A DNA stretch of 64,000 bases from Amoebidium appalachense. Taxonomy: Eukaryota; Protista; Ichthyosporea. Of this stretch, positions 1 to 33,543 are shown in pieces (within the stretch, counting starts at the first letter, position 1; each line of letters starts with the position of its first letter). Position numbers and translations under genes: made by a program. The notes beneath the pieces are model-generated. The model made no database searches and was not told the origin of the DNA. It was given only the letters and a program-made list of their open reading frames with translations. The stretch lies in the NCBI GenBank assembly GCA_963693365.1, contig CAVNZM010000004.1:13824524-13888523 (forward strand), in the 5' to 3' direction.

Positions 1-25
1 CACACACACACACACAAGCACTTAC

Positions 26-1403
26 CCCGGTAGGCACCTCATTCTCTGCCATGTCCTCCACAAACTTTGTGCGCTGCTGGGGTGGGGCCACCACTGCATC
101 GGCACCCACCGTGCCCATCATCATCCACGTTTGGCCCTGCACACATCCAGAGAGAAGGAATATCAAGATTTCACACAAGCGGGTCGACAACCAACAAAAA
201 AAGGGGGAAATGAACCTTTCATATGTTTGGGTTTTACCCGGACTAAAATTTGCCACCAAACGTGTACTGAAAACGATGCTCTCAAAGATAGGATATAGAC
301 ACAACCAAAGGAAGACCCACCTCCTGGACCTTGATCTTGTCCCAGTCATCATCATCCTGCAACCCACTCACATATCAGCATCACATTACTGGAATTTACA
401 GTTGTAAGAGAGTGGCGGCCTAAGTGGCCGCTCATGTTCATGTGGAACAATAGCAGGCTTGGCGTTTGCAAAAGCCACATGAGCGCGCACACACATACAC
501 ACCGTACACACATGTGCACATACACGCCCAACAGCCTTGCAAGGTATGCCTGTGGCCACACCCCCATTCTGACTCAGGTATACAAATGGAGCTCACGTCT
601 TTCTCTGCTTACCAACAGCATCAATGTTTCCCCCTTTTCACTGTACCCACACCGCACGAACAACTACCCCATCCACTGCCCACTTCGAGTTCATCTCACT
701 GGGCACCTAAAAGACGCAGGAAGGCAAATACCAGAGAGAGAAAGGGAGGGAGGGAGCATCAGGAGAGGGAGAGTGAGACAGAGGGAGAGAGGAAGAAGGG
801 GGGTGAAGACGGGCAAGTGTGTACTTGCTGCGTGTAAACACAGCATGTCAATTCTTTTTAGATCTTAAAAGTAAACCCGTGGCCGGCCGGATCCCAGCTG
901 TGTTCCCCATGCCTCCCAAACCTCCAACCGGTCCCCCACACAAATACCCACAGGCCCTCCGCCAAAGTCACGTTTTGCAAACATTCGCAAGCCCACTTTT
1001 CTCCTGATCCTCCAAGTCCCTCCTAACTAACTAAGTCCCTCCAGGCTCGTTCTCCCCATAGCTTTCCACGCTTCGAACCCACACAACAAGATCCCAATCT
1101 GTCACAACTTGCCTTGAGAATGCCTCCCTTTGTCATAACCTTCTGGCGCTCTGGTGCCACGCCGGTCAGCGCATACAGCTGCGTCTTGAACAAGAGGGGG
1201 GGCTCGTCTGTTTCCAGGTCCACATCATACTTGTTCTTCTGCCATTTCACCGACACTGCAATATAAATACAGTCAGTAACGGGAAAGGTAGGGAGTGATG
1301 AATCGGGCCATTTCACTCTCCTATCAGAAAGACATTCATAGGGGTTGCACTCACACTTCCAAGGACGTGGGTGGCGTTACAACATACCTTTTATGACTGG
1401 CAT
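26..1403 (-). CDS. USP14: Ubiquitin-specific protease 14 / Ubp6, N-terminal UBL domain exons (gene continues off the left edge)
   Basis: Exons 1403-1388 (MPVIK), 1255-1113 (VSVKWQKNKYDVDLETDEPPLLFKTQLYALTGVAPERQKVMTKGGILK), 356-321 (DDDDWDKIKVQE) and 136-26 (GQTWMMMGT...KFVEDM) splice in frame. They match the USP14/Ubp6 UBL signature VKW...FKxQLxALTGVxPxRQKVMxKGG...MMG...FVEDM. Intron 2 has a GC donor. Confidence 0.92.
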
Positions 1404-1680
1404 CTTCGCGTTAGAAGCTTCTAAACCCCCTTATCCTTTGTACTGTAGCACTCAACAACGAAATATTTTGGAGGTGCAGCGATCTGGGGCAACTGCAGCG
1501 CTGCGCTGGCGGATCTGTTGTTGGCAACCGTGATGATGTCATCAGGCTGCACATTTCACCGGATTTCATATTTTCAACATGGTTTTCCGGTGTTTGCAGG
1601 TGCATGGTGTACATCCAATCATATAATTCTAGAAAGAATCAAAATTTGGCGGGCTGCCCTGATGCTTACGTAAGTTTGCC
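1404..1680. promoter_or_regulatory. Short bidirectional promoter region between USP14 and NELF-B, with a probable non-coding NELF-B first exon ending at 1669
   Basis: The genes are divergent and the interval is free of repeats. It holds a near-palindrome TGATGATGTCATCA (~1531), an E2F-like TTTGGCGGG (~1645) and a consensus donor GTAAGT at 1670. Function is inferred from position only. Confidence 0.45.
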
Positions 1681-1913
1681 GTTGCTGGCTTGAAGGACGT
1701 GTGCCGAATTGCCAATGATCAGAGGGAGTGTGCCGAAGTTGTTAGAGGCTGACCATGCAAAGCACTTGTGACATGCAGAAGGAACTTGTATAAGCACACC
1801 TACACGACTATATTAAGAAAGACCTCTTTAGATTTTTTTGTTGTCCAAGCAGATGTCGATGTATACATGAGTAGAGCAAACACAAGTAGAGGTCACTGTT
1901 AGGGTCAGGTAGA

Positions 1914-14280
<12,367 letters not shown>

Positions 14281-14866
14281 CGGAATGTATCTGTAGCAGT
14301 TGAACTAGATGGGGAGGGGGGAGGGGAGGGGAAAAGGGGGTCAGCAAGGGGGAGGGGGAGGGGAGGAGGGTAGGTATGAATGATTACTGTGGTCTTAATT
14401 GAGATCACCATGGCACGGTCGGCATATACACACGTGCACGCACATGCGCACATACACAACCACATTATACAGATACACTCGAAACCTGTACCTTGATTAT
14501 TTTATGACTTCGTAATTTGTACAATATTTTGCAGTTTGTCGTACAAGCAAAACGGTTACAGTACACTTGTTAGCACGTGCTATTCTTTGTCTGACCCAAA
14601 TTTCAAACCTAGAAGGGGTGTAGATATTTCTGCCTCATCCACATCATGGGCCTGGTTGTGTTTTTCAACACCAACAATGTGCCCTGAAGACTTCAGAGTC
14701 AAATTTAGCGGAACAATAAAACTTGCTGTTTATCCATATGGTATACATACCGGTGCTAGGTTGCTGTCAGCTACATGGATGATGCATGGATTTTCGTTGC
14801 ACGACTTTTTAGGTTATCTCCCCCTCCCCCATCCCCCCCTCTCTCTCTCTCTCTCTCCCCCCCCCC

Positions 14867-14922
<56 letters not shown>

Positions 14923-14923
14923 A

Positions 14924-14955
<32 letters not shown>

Positions 14956-15336
14956 GGTGAGAGAGTGAGACAGACAGACACACACACACACGAGAGAGAG
15001 AGAGAGAGAGAGAGACTAATGAAAGAAAAGAAAGAAAGAAGGGGGGGGGGGGGGGGGGGGGGGGGGGAAGAAGAACTAAGTAGAAAGACGAAGGGAAAAA
15101 AAGAAAAGAAAAGGAAGGAGAAACAGAAATGTTCGGAGAGGAAGAGAATGGATAAGGTCTAGTTAGGAAGGATTCTGAAAGCCTTCCAGACTCGTAGAAA
15201 GAAATGAAATGGGGGTGTACACGTGACGTGTGTGAGAGCGTGCGTGCGTGCGTGTGTATGTGTGTGTGTGGGTTTCAGGGTTGGTGGGTGGGTGGTTTTT
15301 TTTTTTTTTTCTTCCTTTATTTTATTTTTACTTTTT

Positions 15337-15402
<66 letters not shown>

Positions 15403-16415
15403 GGCACGGTTAAATACGGTCACTGGGTTGGGTGTTCAACCTCGAGCACTCGAAGTACGAGTCGGACTCGGACATACGCCCTACAGCTTCGACGTCAGCT
15501 ACGTTTCAATATTCGTATCCCAACGGTGAACAACAAAAATATTCACATCAGCCATTGCCCGGAAATATTGAATTGCGCATGCACGCACGTGGAAGCTCTC
15601 AGTGCTGCGCGCGAGGCTCTGAGCGCATGCATTCATTTTTATATTGCTGCAGGTCGGGCAATACGTGTAATATCCAAGTATTAGTCTAGGTATTTTCGTT
15701 CATTGTCATGTTGAGATTAGTATATATTGTAATGAGCTTTGGTACTAGTATATACTTCGGTATACCTTGGCTGTGTTGAATGTGCATATATGCCCCCTGG
15801 TTTCTGGCATTTTCAAAGTCTGGCAATACCGTGATATATTTGTATATACAGCTTATATTCACTTATCACAGCAAGGAACATGTGCTGTGCATATACAGCT
15901 TTTGCACATGTGTGACGGTTTGACAGCTCCCCAGACACGTGCATCATGATTGTCGTATTGCTGCCGCAATGCTGCGTCTTGAGATTTTGCTTCGCTCCAG
16001 ACGGTGCACTCCTAGCCAACCAAACAACATTTGGTGTTCCTGGCTTTTATTGGTTCGGACGGCACCACGTCGTGCTTTCTGAAGCACCATGGAGCAGCAA
16101 CCAAGAGAGTCTAGAGCGTCTCAAAACCACGCCCCCTGCCTCCATTATCAAACCGACCGTGCCTGTGGCTTCCGGGCTCCTGCCAGATGATGCTGCCAAC
16201 ACGGTCGCGGTCCGAGGAGCCCGTCACATCTATATGTAGCGTACGTATATAGTAATACCATGTAGACGTCTGACACGTACACATGCACATGTCTCTGCCG
16301 TGCAGCTCTCCACCGCACCACACCCCGGCCGAAAGCTTGCGTCGTATTCTGCATAGAGACGAAATTTGTGTATATACGCATGCTGCGCAACCTGGGGATA
16401 GCCGGCCGGGAGCCT

Positions 16416-16454
<39 letters not shown>

Positions 16455-16591
16455 GCACAGGCAGGCAGTGGTTTGATCAAGCCCCCATAATAATGATGCC
16501 ATTTTTCCCAGTACTCTAGTTTGTCTGTACACACACGTGGCCGGAAATCGAACGTTTATTTTGATCCCCCCCTCCCAGGGCCCCCCTCCCC

Positions 16592-16676
<85 letters not shown>

Positions 16677-16702
16677 TAAAAAAAGAAAAAAAAAAAAAAA
16701 AA

Positions 16703-16787
<85 letters not shown>

Positions 16788-17294
16788 GGGGGGGGGGGGG
16801 GGGGCAAACTTCAGCATGCATATGCACCGTGACCCTGACGACACTTTAGGTTAATTATTCAATGAGTGGATTGACGTTGCCCCATATACATCGAAGTTAA
16901 TAAGTATCCGTGACAGTCAAACTGTGTAAGTGTTGCCTGCCTCAGGGGTCACTGTTATTGTTGCCTGTTGATAGTATCCATACGGTCCAGGAATAATTTT
17001 GGGTATGGAGGAGTGGCCAAAATGATACAGTGCATTGATTTCCGTAAATTAGCCGTATGTGTGATGCTATGAGATCAGTCTGAATGGGTCGGTATACCTG
17101 TGGCATATGTAACACATGGCCATGCTATGATGCATGCAGGTATGTGCCGTTTAATCATGATGGGCTACATAAAGAACCAGCTAGCAAGCTTCCATCGTCA
17201 GACCACTCATGACGATTCATAGCACTGTTGTGTCCAGATCCAAGGTGTGAGAGTCTTTACCAGTTAGTCAGTTACCTTTATCACTGAAATACAT

Positions 17295-17354
17295 GTGCAC
17301 GACGTCGTGTACGCAGTACTCAAAGTGCACGACGTCGTGTACGCAGTACTCAAA
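17295..17354. repeat. Perfect 30-bp tandem duplication containing a near-palindrome
   Basis: GTGCACGACGTCGTGTACGCAGTACTCAAA occurs twice in tandem. Confidence 0.9.
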
Positions 17355-18141
17355 CAGTAATTGATCTCTTAGGGAAGGCTTCAACATCTGGGCCGAAAAT
17401 GTGGAGTGCCCATGCTACGGTGAGTTGTTGAGGCGTACATGATTTGGGGTGTTGCTAATAGCTAAAGGCACATTACCTCAGTCTGAAGCCAAATCTTAGT
17501 TGCATTGTAATTGTTCCACTCAAGTGATGTGCACTCAGGGCATGTTGTATGGACAGACAGTGACTGATGCTACATAGAGATGACTGGGCATTGCTATTAA
17601 TCCGAATCCGGATGAAATTGGCACATGATTATTTACGCACCCCCTCCCTCACTCTCCCCCCCACACCCCCCTCTTTCTTGAAGTTCTGCAGCCCGCCCAC
17701 CTGTCCCTGTCCCCCCATGTAAACCTCCTCCCCCCTCCCCCCCTTTATGTGCACACCAATCACAATGGGATAATATACTGCAGTGGTTTATTACATAATA
17801 TAAGACTACTAGGTGCTGACATATGTGTGTGTACATACACACGCACGCACATAGGCACACATGTGTGTGTACATACACACGCACGCACATAGGCACACAC
17901 ACATTAACCCATATTTGGGAAGTCGTAATGTGTGTTGAGGGGTGGGGAGCGGGGAGGGGGTGGGAGGGGGGAGGGGAGGGGGGGGGGGGGGGGAGCGGGA
18001 TAGGGAGGAGATGTGGATGGGGAAAAAAGGAGGGGGTACTGGCGGGGATCTTTGGGTAGGGGGTGGGGGTGAGAAGAAGTCTCGTTTGTTGGTTGGTTGG
18101 TTGTTGTCTTTTTTTTTTTTTTTGCTTTTTTTTTGTGGGGG

Positions 18142-18177
<36 letters not shown>

Positions 18178-18388
18178 GGGGGGGAGGGGGGCTCAGAACT
18201 GCAGTCCGCTGAGGGGCTTGTAATCTAGAATCGTGGGCCACTCGTACAACTATTATCAAATGGGCTAATAGGGGCTAAGAATGGGTGTATGTAGCCCTTT
18301 GGTATCCGAATCCAGCACCCATCTTATAAATCTCTACTATGTTGACCCAGCAGCCCAACCCCTCACTGATTGGTTCGTGCCGGCACAG

Positions 18389-18829
18389 ATCCTGCTTGCC
18401 GCCCTAGCCATTGGTTCCGGGTCAGCAGATGCCAACAGAATTGAAGGGGGGCAGAGGGGGGCAAAGGGCAAAGTGCCGGCCATGTCCCAGGGCAAGACAG
18501 ATGGGCAGATCAGAGCCATGTTCCCTCCCATCAAGGACCCCTTCAAAGGTTTGTGTTCTGCGCGGACACTCCCCCTATAGCCTCTCCGTTCACCCCCCCC
18601 CCCCCCCCCCCCTCCTCCCCCCCCTTCTCTTCCCGGGATGGCCTTACAATCGAACATTGTGGAGTCCTGTACACCTTCCCGTTTATCACCTCCTTAACCC
18701 CCTGCCCCCCTCCCAACCAAATTCCCCCCAACCCTGCCCCCTCCTTGCTGGCCTCTTCCGCCGATAACCCCACACCACCCCCACTTCCTTCCAAAACTGC
18801 ACACACACGCACACACGCGCGCACGCACG

Positions 18830-18876
<47 letters not shown>

Positions 18877-20722
18877 GAATCCACCCCTGGTTTCCACCTC
18901 CCTCCCTAATTGCTTACCGTCTTTTTAGAGAAGGCTTGTCCACACACCTAACTGTAAGCGCATCAGGCAATGCGTTGCACTACCCCACGACATCCCAATC
19001 TGACACACAACAGCCGACCCAAACCTGTTCGGCTTTCTGTCTATCCCCCTCCCCAACCCCCAGACCATTCTTCGCTATCACAATCGTCCACTGGAATCGA
19101 TCCATGTTGTTCAAACCCCAAGTGCCTGACCCCTTAAGCTGTCCCCTATTATATCACCTTGTGAAACCTTCCTGTTATTCATGCGTTTACTGTCCCTTAC
19201 ACCTTTTCCCCACCTTAATTTGTCGCTTACATCACCACCCCCCTTAATTTGTAGCCTACACCATAGGCCCGCCTTAAACTGACCATACACCACCACCCCA
19301 CCCTACTCCTTAACCTCACAGAGGCACCCAAGCATGTGGTCCAAAAAGCAACCGGACGCAATCTGGACCCTCTGCCGGAGGAATTTTAGTGGTGGAAGGT
19401 CGATGGGACGGAGATATGCCCCCTGCCTGTGCATGACCAGGGCAGGTGTGGAGGATGCTACGTGTTTGGTGCAATGGAAGCTATTTCTATGAGGTTCTGC
19501 CTGGGTGGGGTCAGTCCGCCCAAGGCAGCAATGTCGACACAGCATGGAATCAACTGCGAGGTCGTTGGAAAGGTGTGTGTGGTGGGGGGGGGGGGGGGGG
19601 GGAGCGGGGGTTTTGAATGTGTGTGTGTGTGTTAGGGGAGGGGGCGGGAAGGGGGAAGAGGAGAAGGAGGGTGGGGAGCGGGAGGGGGGGGGGGGGGGGT
19701 TGCCTGCGTGTGTGTGGGTGGGCTCGTGCATGCGTGTAATTGTGGGCAGGGCGGTGTCCAATGTGCCACCGTGTGTATGATTGTCTCTCGTGTGCAGGCT
19801 TGTGTGGGCACGGTGTATTACGTAATGAACGTGTGTATGCGGCACCTGCACAACTTGTGTGCACATTTGGTGTACTGTGTACCTTAGAAGTGTAGAGACA
19901 TTCGGGGCCAGGCTATGTACTCATCGTTTATAACACACGCGCGGGGGCGCGTGGACACCCACACCCACGAGCGCGCACACATGCACGCGGACACACGCAC
20001 GCACCCACACACGCATAGACACACACGATCAACCCCCCCCCCCCCCCCCCCCCCCCCCCTCCCTCCCGCCCTCACCACCACCACCACACCACCACCACCA
20101 CCAAAAAAAAACAAAAAAAAACAAAACGAACAGGGCTGTGCCGGGGGTCCTGCCTACTCCATCTACAAGATGGCCAATCTGGAGGGGACAGCGAACGAGG
20201 CCTGCCAGCCCTTTGCCTCCTATGACGTCACCATGAAAACACCGGGAGGTGGCCGGCAGGCATGCATGCGCAACTGCTGCACTGCCCCTGGAGAGAAATT
20301 CAAAGCCTACCGCCTTCATATACCTTTGTGACGGGCTCACAGGATTCGGGCCCTGAGGCTGTGGAGGCAATTAAGGTGCGTGTAATTGCCAAATATGGAC
20401 AGTAATAGGATGTTTGCAAATAGAGTCCCCGTGCTCAATTTCGAGTGAGTGCTGTATGGCGACTAGAAACACACATGACCTCTTCTTCCCGCTTCCCCCC
20501 CCTCCCCCTCTCCCCCCCCCCTACTTCCCCCCACCCCTTCCCTCCTAGTCTAAGTTACCCCAGTCGCCCAATGCTCCTTTTCTTCTACCCATTAACTCAC
20601 CTACACCCGCCCACCCAGACGCACACACACACTCACAAGCTTTCACACCCAATCGCTCGTATGTACGTGCCCACACACAAACAAACACACACACACACAC
20701 ACACACTGACACACGTGCGTGC

Positions 20723-20768
<46 letters not shown>

Positions 20769-21009
20769 ACACACATACGCACATACGGGCACACAGCGTG
20801 AGATCTACAAGTATGGGCCGGTGACCGGGTTCTTCCACGTGTACAAGGACCTCTACATACGCAGTCCCACGGCCCAGTATGCAGGCCCCCACTATGTGAC
20901 CATAGTGGGCTGGGGCCAGGCTACTGGGTGGTCAAGAACAGCTGGGGCAGTGACTGGGGTATGTCCACACACACCCCCCCCCCTCCCCCCCCCCCCCCCC
21001 CCCCCCCCC

Positions 21010-21040
<31 letters not shown>

Positions 21041-21067
21041 AAGGACACACACACGCACACGCGCGCG

Positions 21068-21156
<89 letters not shown>

Positions 21157-21544
21157 TGTCAAAACTCGCACACGCACACACACCACCACCAAACACCACC
21201 CACATGCAGGCAGATACACAGTATGATACACTCATACATACACACAGAGGGGGGGGGGGGGGGGGGGGGGGGGAGAAACAGAAAAATTAGAGAGAGAGGG
21301 AGAGAGGGGGGCGGGGGGAAGAGAGAGAGAGAGAGAGTGAGAGAGTGAGAGAGATTCCCTCTCTCTGTGTGTGTGTACACACGAGTAGCCTCAAATCCTA
21401 ACTTTCACCATGCAAATCATTGTAGGGCTCAACAATACGGGCTACTCCTACTACGGCTGGCACCAGGGCATGGAGGCTGGGGTGGTCAGTGGGGTGCCCG
21501 ACATAGGCCCCAGCAGGGACAGCTACGTGTACATCAACTACTAG
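18389..21544 (+). pseudogene. Papain-family (C1A) cysteine protease, cathepsin B/C/X-like, disrupted
   Basis: Exons at ~18389-18548 (hydrophobic signal-like ILLAALAIG), 19323-19573 (LPEEF*WWKVDG...HDQGRCGGCYVFG), 20134-20376 (GCAGG...EACQPF), 20797-20958 (EIYKYGPV...PHYVTIVGWG...YWVVKNSWG) and 21428-21544. Catalytic Q/C/H/N residues are recognisable. There is an in-frame TAG at 19387-19389 and frameshifts near 20306 and 20920. The start exon was not found. Confidence 0.85.
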
Positions 21545-22924
21545 GCGGGGTACTTGCCTTATTTGGGTAGGCATATCTTGCGCAAGTATGCAGCGCCAAA
21601 TATATAACCGTTGTCCACACAAGGCATTTTTTTTTCTGTGTGGAGGCGTATATATTTTTTTTTTTTGGCAAATGTGTTTCTACATTCAGTTATCTACAGT
21701 TACCTTGCCAGTTGTCATTGACTCACAGTTATTATCACAGTAGTACACCTAAAGTAGTTCCTGGTGTAGATGGTGTACAAGGGCATGATCTCGGAGCTCA
21801 CACATCATGCATGCTGTGACCCGTACGGGATATGTATGGCAATGAGCCTAACGGACGTACCAAGCTAACTGCCCCAAAACCTGTGGAATGCAACCCCCCC
21901 TCCCCCCCCCCCCCCCCCCCCCCACCACCACCACCACAACCACCACCATTACCGGTGGGATCACCCGCAAAGGATAAATACAAAAGCTACCTGAATGCCC
22001 AAAGTGAGGTGATCGAGTGTGAGCCCCCCTCCCCCTCCCCCTTGACACCCCTCCCCACACACATCTTGCTACAGTGCATGCAAAGTATGGTTGTTTACAA
22101 GTACATATTTGAGCAAATATATCGGTGGTGACAATTTATGGGGTGTAGCGACATTTGTCTGTGTGTGTGCACTCTTGCCGGGGCGCGTATGTGGATGTGT
22201 GTGTGTGCATGTGTGTGTACATGTGCGGGTGCCGGTATTTGTCCGTGTGTGTGACGTTATGTTGGCAAATACCATGGAATGTCTATCTATCTGCAGAGTC
22301 TAACACATGTGCTCCAACCATCATGATGTGTTTGGATTAGCTCCTGCATATGCATATATATACCTCTCGCATTTATATATTTTCGTGATCACGATTGTCA
22401 CTGCATGGATGTATTTACAGTCAGAAGCCCCCCCCTTCCCCCCCCCCTCCCCCCCCCCCTCCCCCTCCCCTCCCTCCCCCCACCCCTTCTGCCTCTTAAC
22501 CCGCACCACACACACACACACACACACACACAGGTACATGCACACAAGACATACACACACCTCCACACGTACATATGCACACACACACACGGAAGCACGC
22601 AGGTACACACACACAGACACATGGACACACAAACATACACGCATGCACACACATATGAACACGCACACAACACACACACCACACAGTACCCCACAACTAG
22701 CTTGTGGGGCAACTTCACCGGGAGCTAAGGGGTTGGAAAAAGTGACTCGTTTTATGGAGTCCTGAAACTGGTTCTGAAAAACAGGCTGATTGGCGGCACA
22801 GGGTGTGTGTGTGTGCATAGTATGCGCGTGTGTGTAGGTGTGTGTGTGTGTTTGTGTGTGTGCGCATGCAGGTGTGTGTGTGCGTGTGGGCATGCCAGTG
22901 TGTGCCTGTGTCACGGTGTCTGTG

Positions 22925-23820
22925 TGCCCGTGTGTGTGTGTGTGTCCCGCATTGCACCCCCTCAAAAGTGAGTGACTGTGTGTGGGAGTGTCTTGTGTGT
23001 CATCGTGTGTGTGTGCGTGACACGCGTGTGTGTATGTATGCATGTTTTGGCTGTATGTAGATTTGGGCGTGCGCAGGCGTGTGTGTATCTATGCATGTGT
23101 AGGCTGTATGTAGATTTGGGTGTGCGCAGGCGTGTGTGTATGTATGCATGTGTAGGCTGTATGTAAATTTGGGCGTGCGCAGGCGTGTGTGTATGTATGC
23201 ATGTGCAGGCTGTATGTAGATTTGGGTGTGCGCAGGCGTGTGTGTATGTATGCATGTGTAGGCTGTATGTAGATTTGGGTGTGCGCAGGCGTGTGTGTAT
23301 GTATGCATGTGTAGGCTGTATGTAGATTTGGGTGTGCGCAGGCGTGTGTGTATGTATGCATGTGTAGGCTGTATGTAGATTTGGGTGTGCGCAGGCGTGT
23401 GTGTATGTATGCATGTGTAGGCTGTATGTAGATTTGGGTGTGCGCAGGCGTGTGTGTATGTATGCACGGTCACGGTAGGCTGTATGTAGATTTGGGTGTG
23501 CCCGTGTGTGTGTGTGTGTCCCGCATTGCACCCCCTCAAAAGTGAGTGACTGTGTGTGGGAGTGTCTGTGCGTCATCGTGTGCGTGTGTGCGTGACACGC
23601 GTATGTGTATGTATGCATGTGTAGGCTGTATGTAGATTTGGGCGTGCGCAGGCGTGTGTGTATGTATGCATGTGTAGGCTGCATATGTAGATTTGGGTGT
23701 GCGCAGGCGTGTGTGTATGTATGCATGTGTAGGCTGTATGTAGATTTGGGTGTGCACAGGCGTGTGTGTATGTATATATGTGTAGGCTGTATGTAGATTT
23801 GGGTGTGCGCAGGCGTGTGT
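22925..23820. repeat. 53-bp minisatellite within a ~570-bp higher-order duplication
   Basis: The unit GCGTGTGTGTATGTATGCATGTGTAGGCTGTATGTAGATTTGGGTGTGCGCAG has period 53 (23101 to 23154). A unique block (CCCGCATTGCACCCCCTCAAAAGTGAGTGACT) occurs at ~22946 and ~23520, each time heading a run of units. Confidence 0.92.
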
Positions 23821-24644
23821 ACACATGGCACTGCACGTTCATCGAAGAGCGTATGCATGTGTGTGGTGGTTCAAAGTTTTTATTATATATATGTATATAT
23901 ATATTGGGGGGGGAGGGGGGGGAAGGGGGAGGGGGAGAGGGAGGGGGAGGAGGGAACCATAAAGATTCACAATAATTAATAGTGCAAGAACACCACCAAC
24001 ACACACAGGCCAATCAGTCCCGGCAGAACGTTCAAGTATCACATGTATGCCAATATGTAGGCTCGTGCTTTATTGCCACTTTCGCATAGACAGGCCAAGG
24101 CACGGCAAAAACCCCCACACCCAAGCTTGCAGCCTGGGAGATACATACGAGTGGGGCCCGGCCCCTCAGCTTTCCATTTGTATGGTGAAAAATACACTAG
24201 TCCCCAAAACACGGTGCCACATCACATGTCTACTCAGTAAAATCGATGCATAGCAAGCCCCGGGAATATCCCGCAAATTGAATCTGTGTGCTTCCACAGA
24301 AACACGGACATCACACCAACAAAGACATAAACTAGAAGTGTACAAGAGGAATAAACAATAATAACACTATACGCGTGGTTCAAAAAATTACCCCAAAAGA
24401 CACCATCAACAGAATATATCATGGTAAGTGTATATGCACAGGTGCACCGGTTGCTGGTCTATATTTGTGCCAAACTCTAATACGTGAGTGGGATTGCAAA
24501 AAGTAGGATCTGTTTCGTAATGTGTATGGCGAGCATGTAACCTGCTGCATGTTTAAGCCACCATAATGGCCGAGTCACTATGGGTGTGTGCAGTGTAAAT
24601 GTGCCTGCGCCATACGCTGCAATGCACACGTCGAGTCCAGGGAA

Positions 24645-31844
<7,200 letters not shown>

Positions 31845-33543
31845 GGCTGCAGTGTTAACCAGCCGCAAGAGGCCGCGCTGGCTTCGACCACACAGAAGGA
31901 GCAGCAGCCCCCACACCACCTGGCTGCACCCCTCACCAACCCACCGTGTTCGGGCTAAGAAACTGGGCTCCCTCTCACACCTCCAGATTGAATGGAAAGC
32001 GTATTTTCCTATCCACAGGCAGAACAGACGGTTAGTTAAGCGCTTATATGGTTCTGTTGGCTTAAAACAGTATCAGCACCTGCATAAACGCACAGGAGAA
32101 GGCGAATGCTCTCCCCATATCCCCCCAAACCTTAGCAATCTGTAAGATGTGTTGTTACAGCCACTTCGTTATATCCCCGCTTCCACTTGCTTAAATACAC
32201 TGCAAAAGGCCCGATGCTTTTATCTCAGAGTAACCACAAACTTGACCTGATAAGTGGGGTGAACCATGCCCTAGCAAACACGTCTTTCCGTTGCCAGAAC
32301 CTGTCAACTCTCCGACAGAGGGCACGGAAACTTGTTATGATCAAAAGACGACAAATCGATGAAGCATCCAAAAAACCTCTACAGACAGCAGCGAGAGAAG
32401 GTTTCTACGAAGTAACAAGTTCTTTTTTCCTTGCCTACCTCGGCTATTTCACGGTTCTTGTCGGTGAGAGTGTTAAGGTTTGCTGCAAATTTGTCTCGTT
32501 TCCTGTTTCCCCGTTTTGAATAATGTTGCTACAAAAAAACACGATTCCTCCTTGTTTACCCCAGCAAAACAGATTGCAAAAATGAACACTTATATTACTA
32601 ATAACTACGTCTAATAACAACTGCACTAATCTCCAGAAAACATGTAGCCACGAGAAGAAAAAAAAACCCCCGCCCTTATTTGCTACTCGTGCTAAACGCC
32701 GCGACCGTGCCGGTGAGATGGCCATGGAAAAAGCAGCGGGCGACAACAGTCGAGTGGCCGCTGGTGCACTGGTAGTTGGCGCGTAGCTTGCTTCGCTCCC
32801 ATTACATCCCATACGGTCATTTTATTGGTGTACGCGATATCATGCACTTTAAAGAAGAGCTATGATTGGTTACTTGGGAGGATGGCAGTAAGCCGAATTA
32901 GGGAAATGACGCTATCTTGCGGCAGTTCTTGAGCCCTTTTCCAGCATTGCAAACGGAGCAAAAAAAAAGTGGTGGAAAAAACAAAACGAGAAAAAAGGGA
33001 CCTACATGTACATACGGGTTCAGTGAGTACAGAAAATTTGCTCCGCAATATTAATAAAGTACAGCAACAGGCCACACATAGAAAGCTACAGGCAAATGTG
33101 CAGGCCGCAAGCTGAGTGTCACGGGGAAGGAGCGTGGCCGAAGTGATCGAGCTCGTTTGTCAACGACGTGGTTCCATTTTGTGGGCTCGGAGAAGCAAAG
33201 AAAGGGTATATGCACACACAAAAGTGTGACACGTATAGAGGCACTGTCCTTCAAGGTGCACAGGCGGTTTCCGAACATCAGGGTTATATAACAAGCGCGG
33301 CATTCTACAATTGCTACTCCAGGCATGTGTAATCACTACGTGTTTATAGTTCGAGGGCACAGATAAAGATGTATGACACAGAAATGGTACTAAAACATCA
33401 TTTTCTGTTTCTATACGTAAACTTTGTTTTAAATTATGTACTGAAAATGGTATTTTATAACTGTTGTCACAGCTGCAGGTGCCCCTCATCTGGAAGCTCT
33501 TATGCCGGTTACAGCCCGCAAATCCACCCTGGACATCACATTC

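Noticed and set aside
1662-1669. ATG CTT AC micro-exon as the NELF-B start
   Set aside because: It is in frame with exon 3425, but the 1914-1972 exon (better ATG context, acidic sequence continuous with the next exon, same phase) is a better start. Treated as UTR or a minor alternative.
15400-16400. Possible gene or element in the non-repetitive stretch after NELF-B (97-aa ORF at 15946)
   Set aside because: No recognisable domain, consistent exon chain or terminal repeats could be found by eye.
19387-19389. Stop-codon reassignment or readthrough of TAG in the cathepsin
   Set aside because: The same gene also has frameshifts, other genes here have no in-frame stops, and COQ8 and the phosphatase terminate at TAG.
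21800-22770. Exon-like islands downstream of the cathepsin pseudogene
   Set aside because: They could not be joined into a frame with any recognisable homology.
22962-23858. 298-aa and related ORFs over the 53-bp repeat, and the many HT/CV/ER/poly-P/poly-G ORFs across the window
   Set aside because: They are translations of micro- and minisatellites that lack stop codons by composition.
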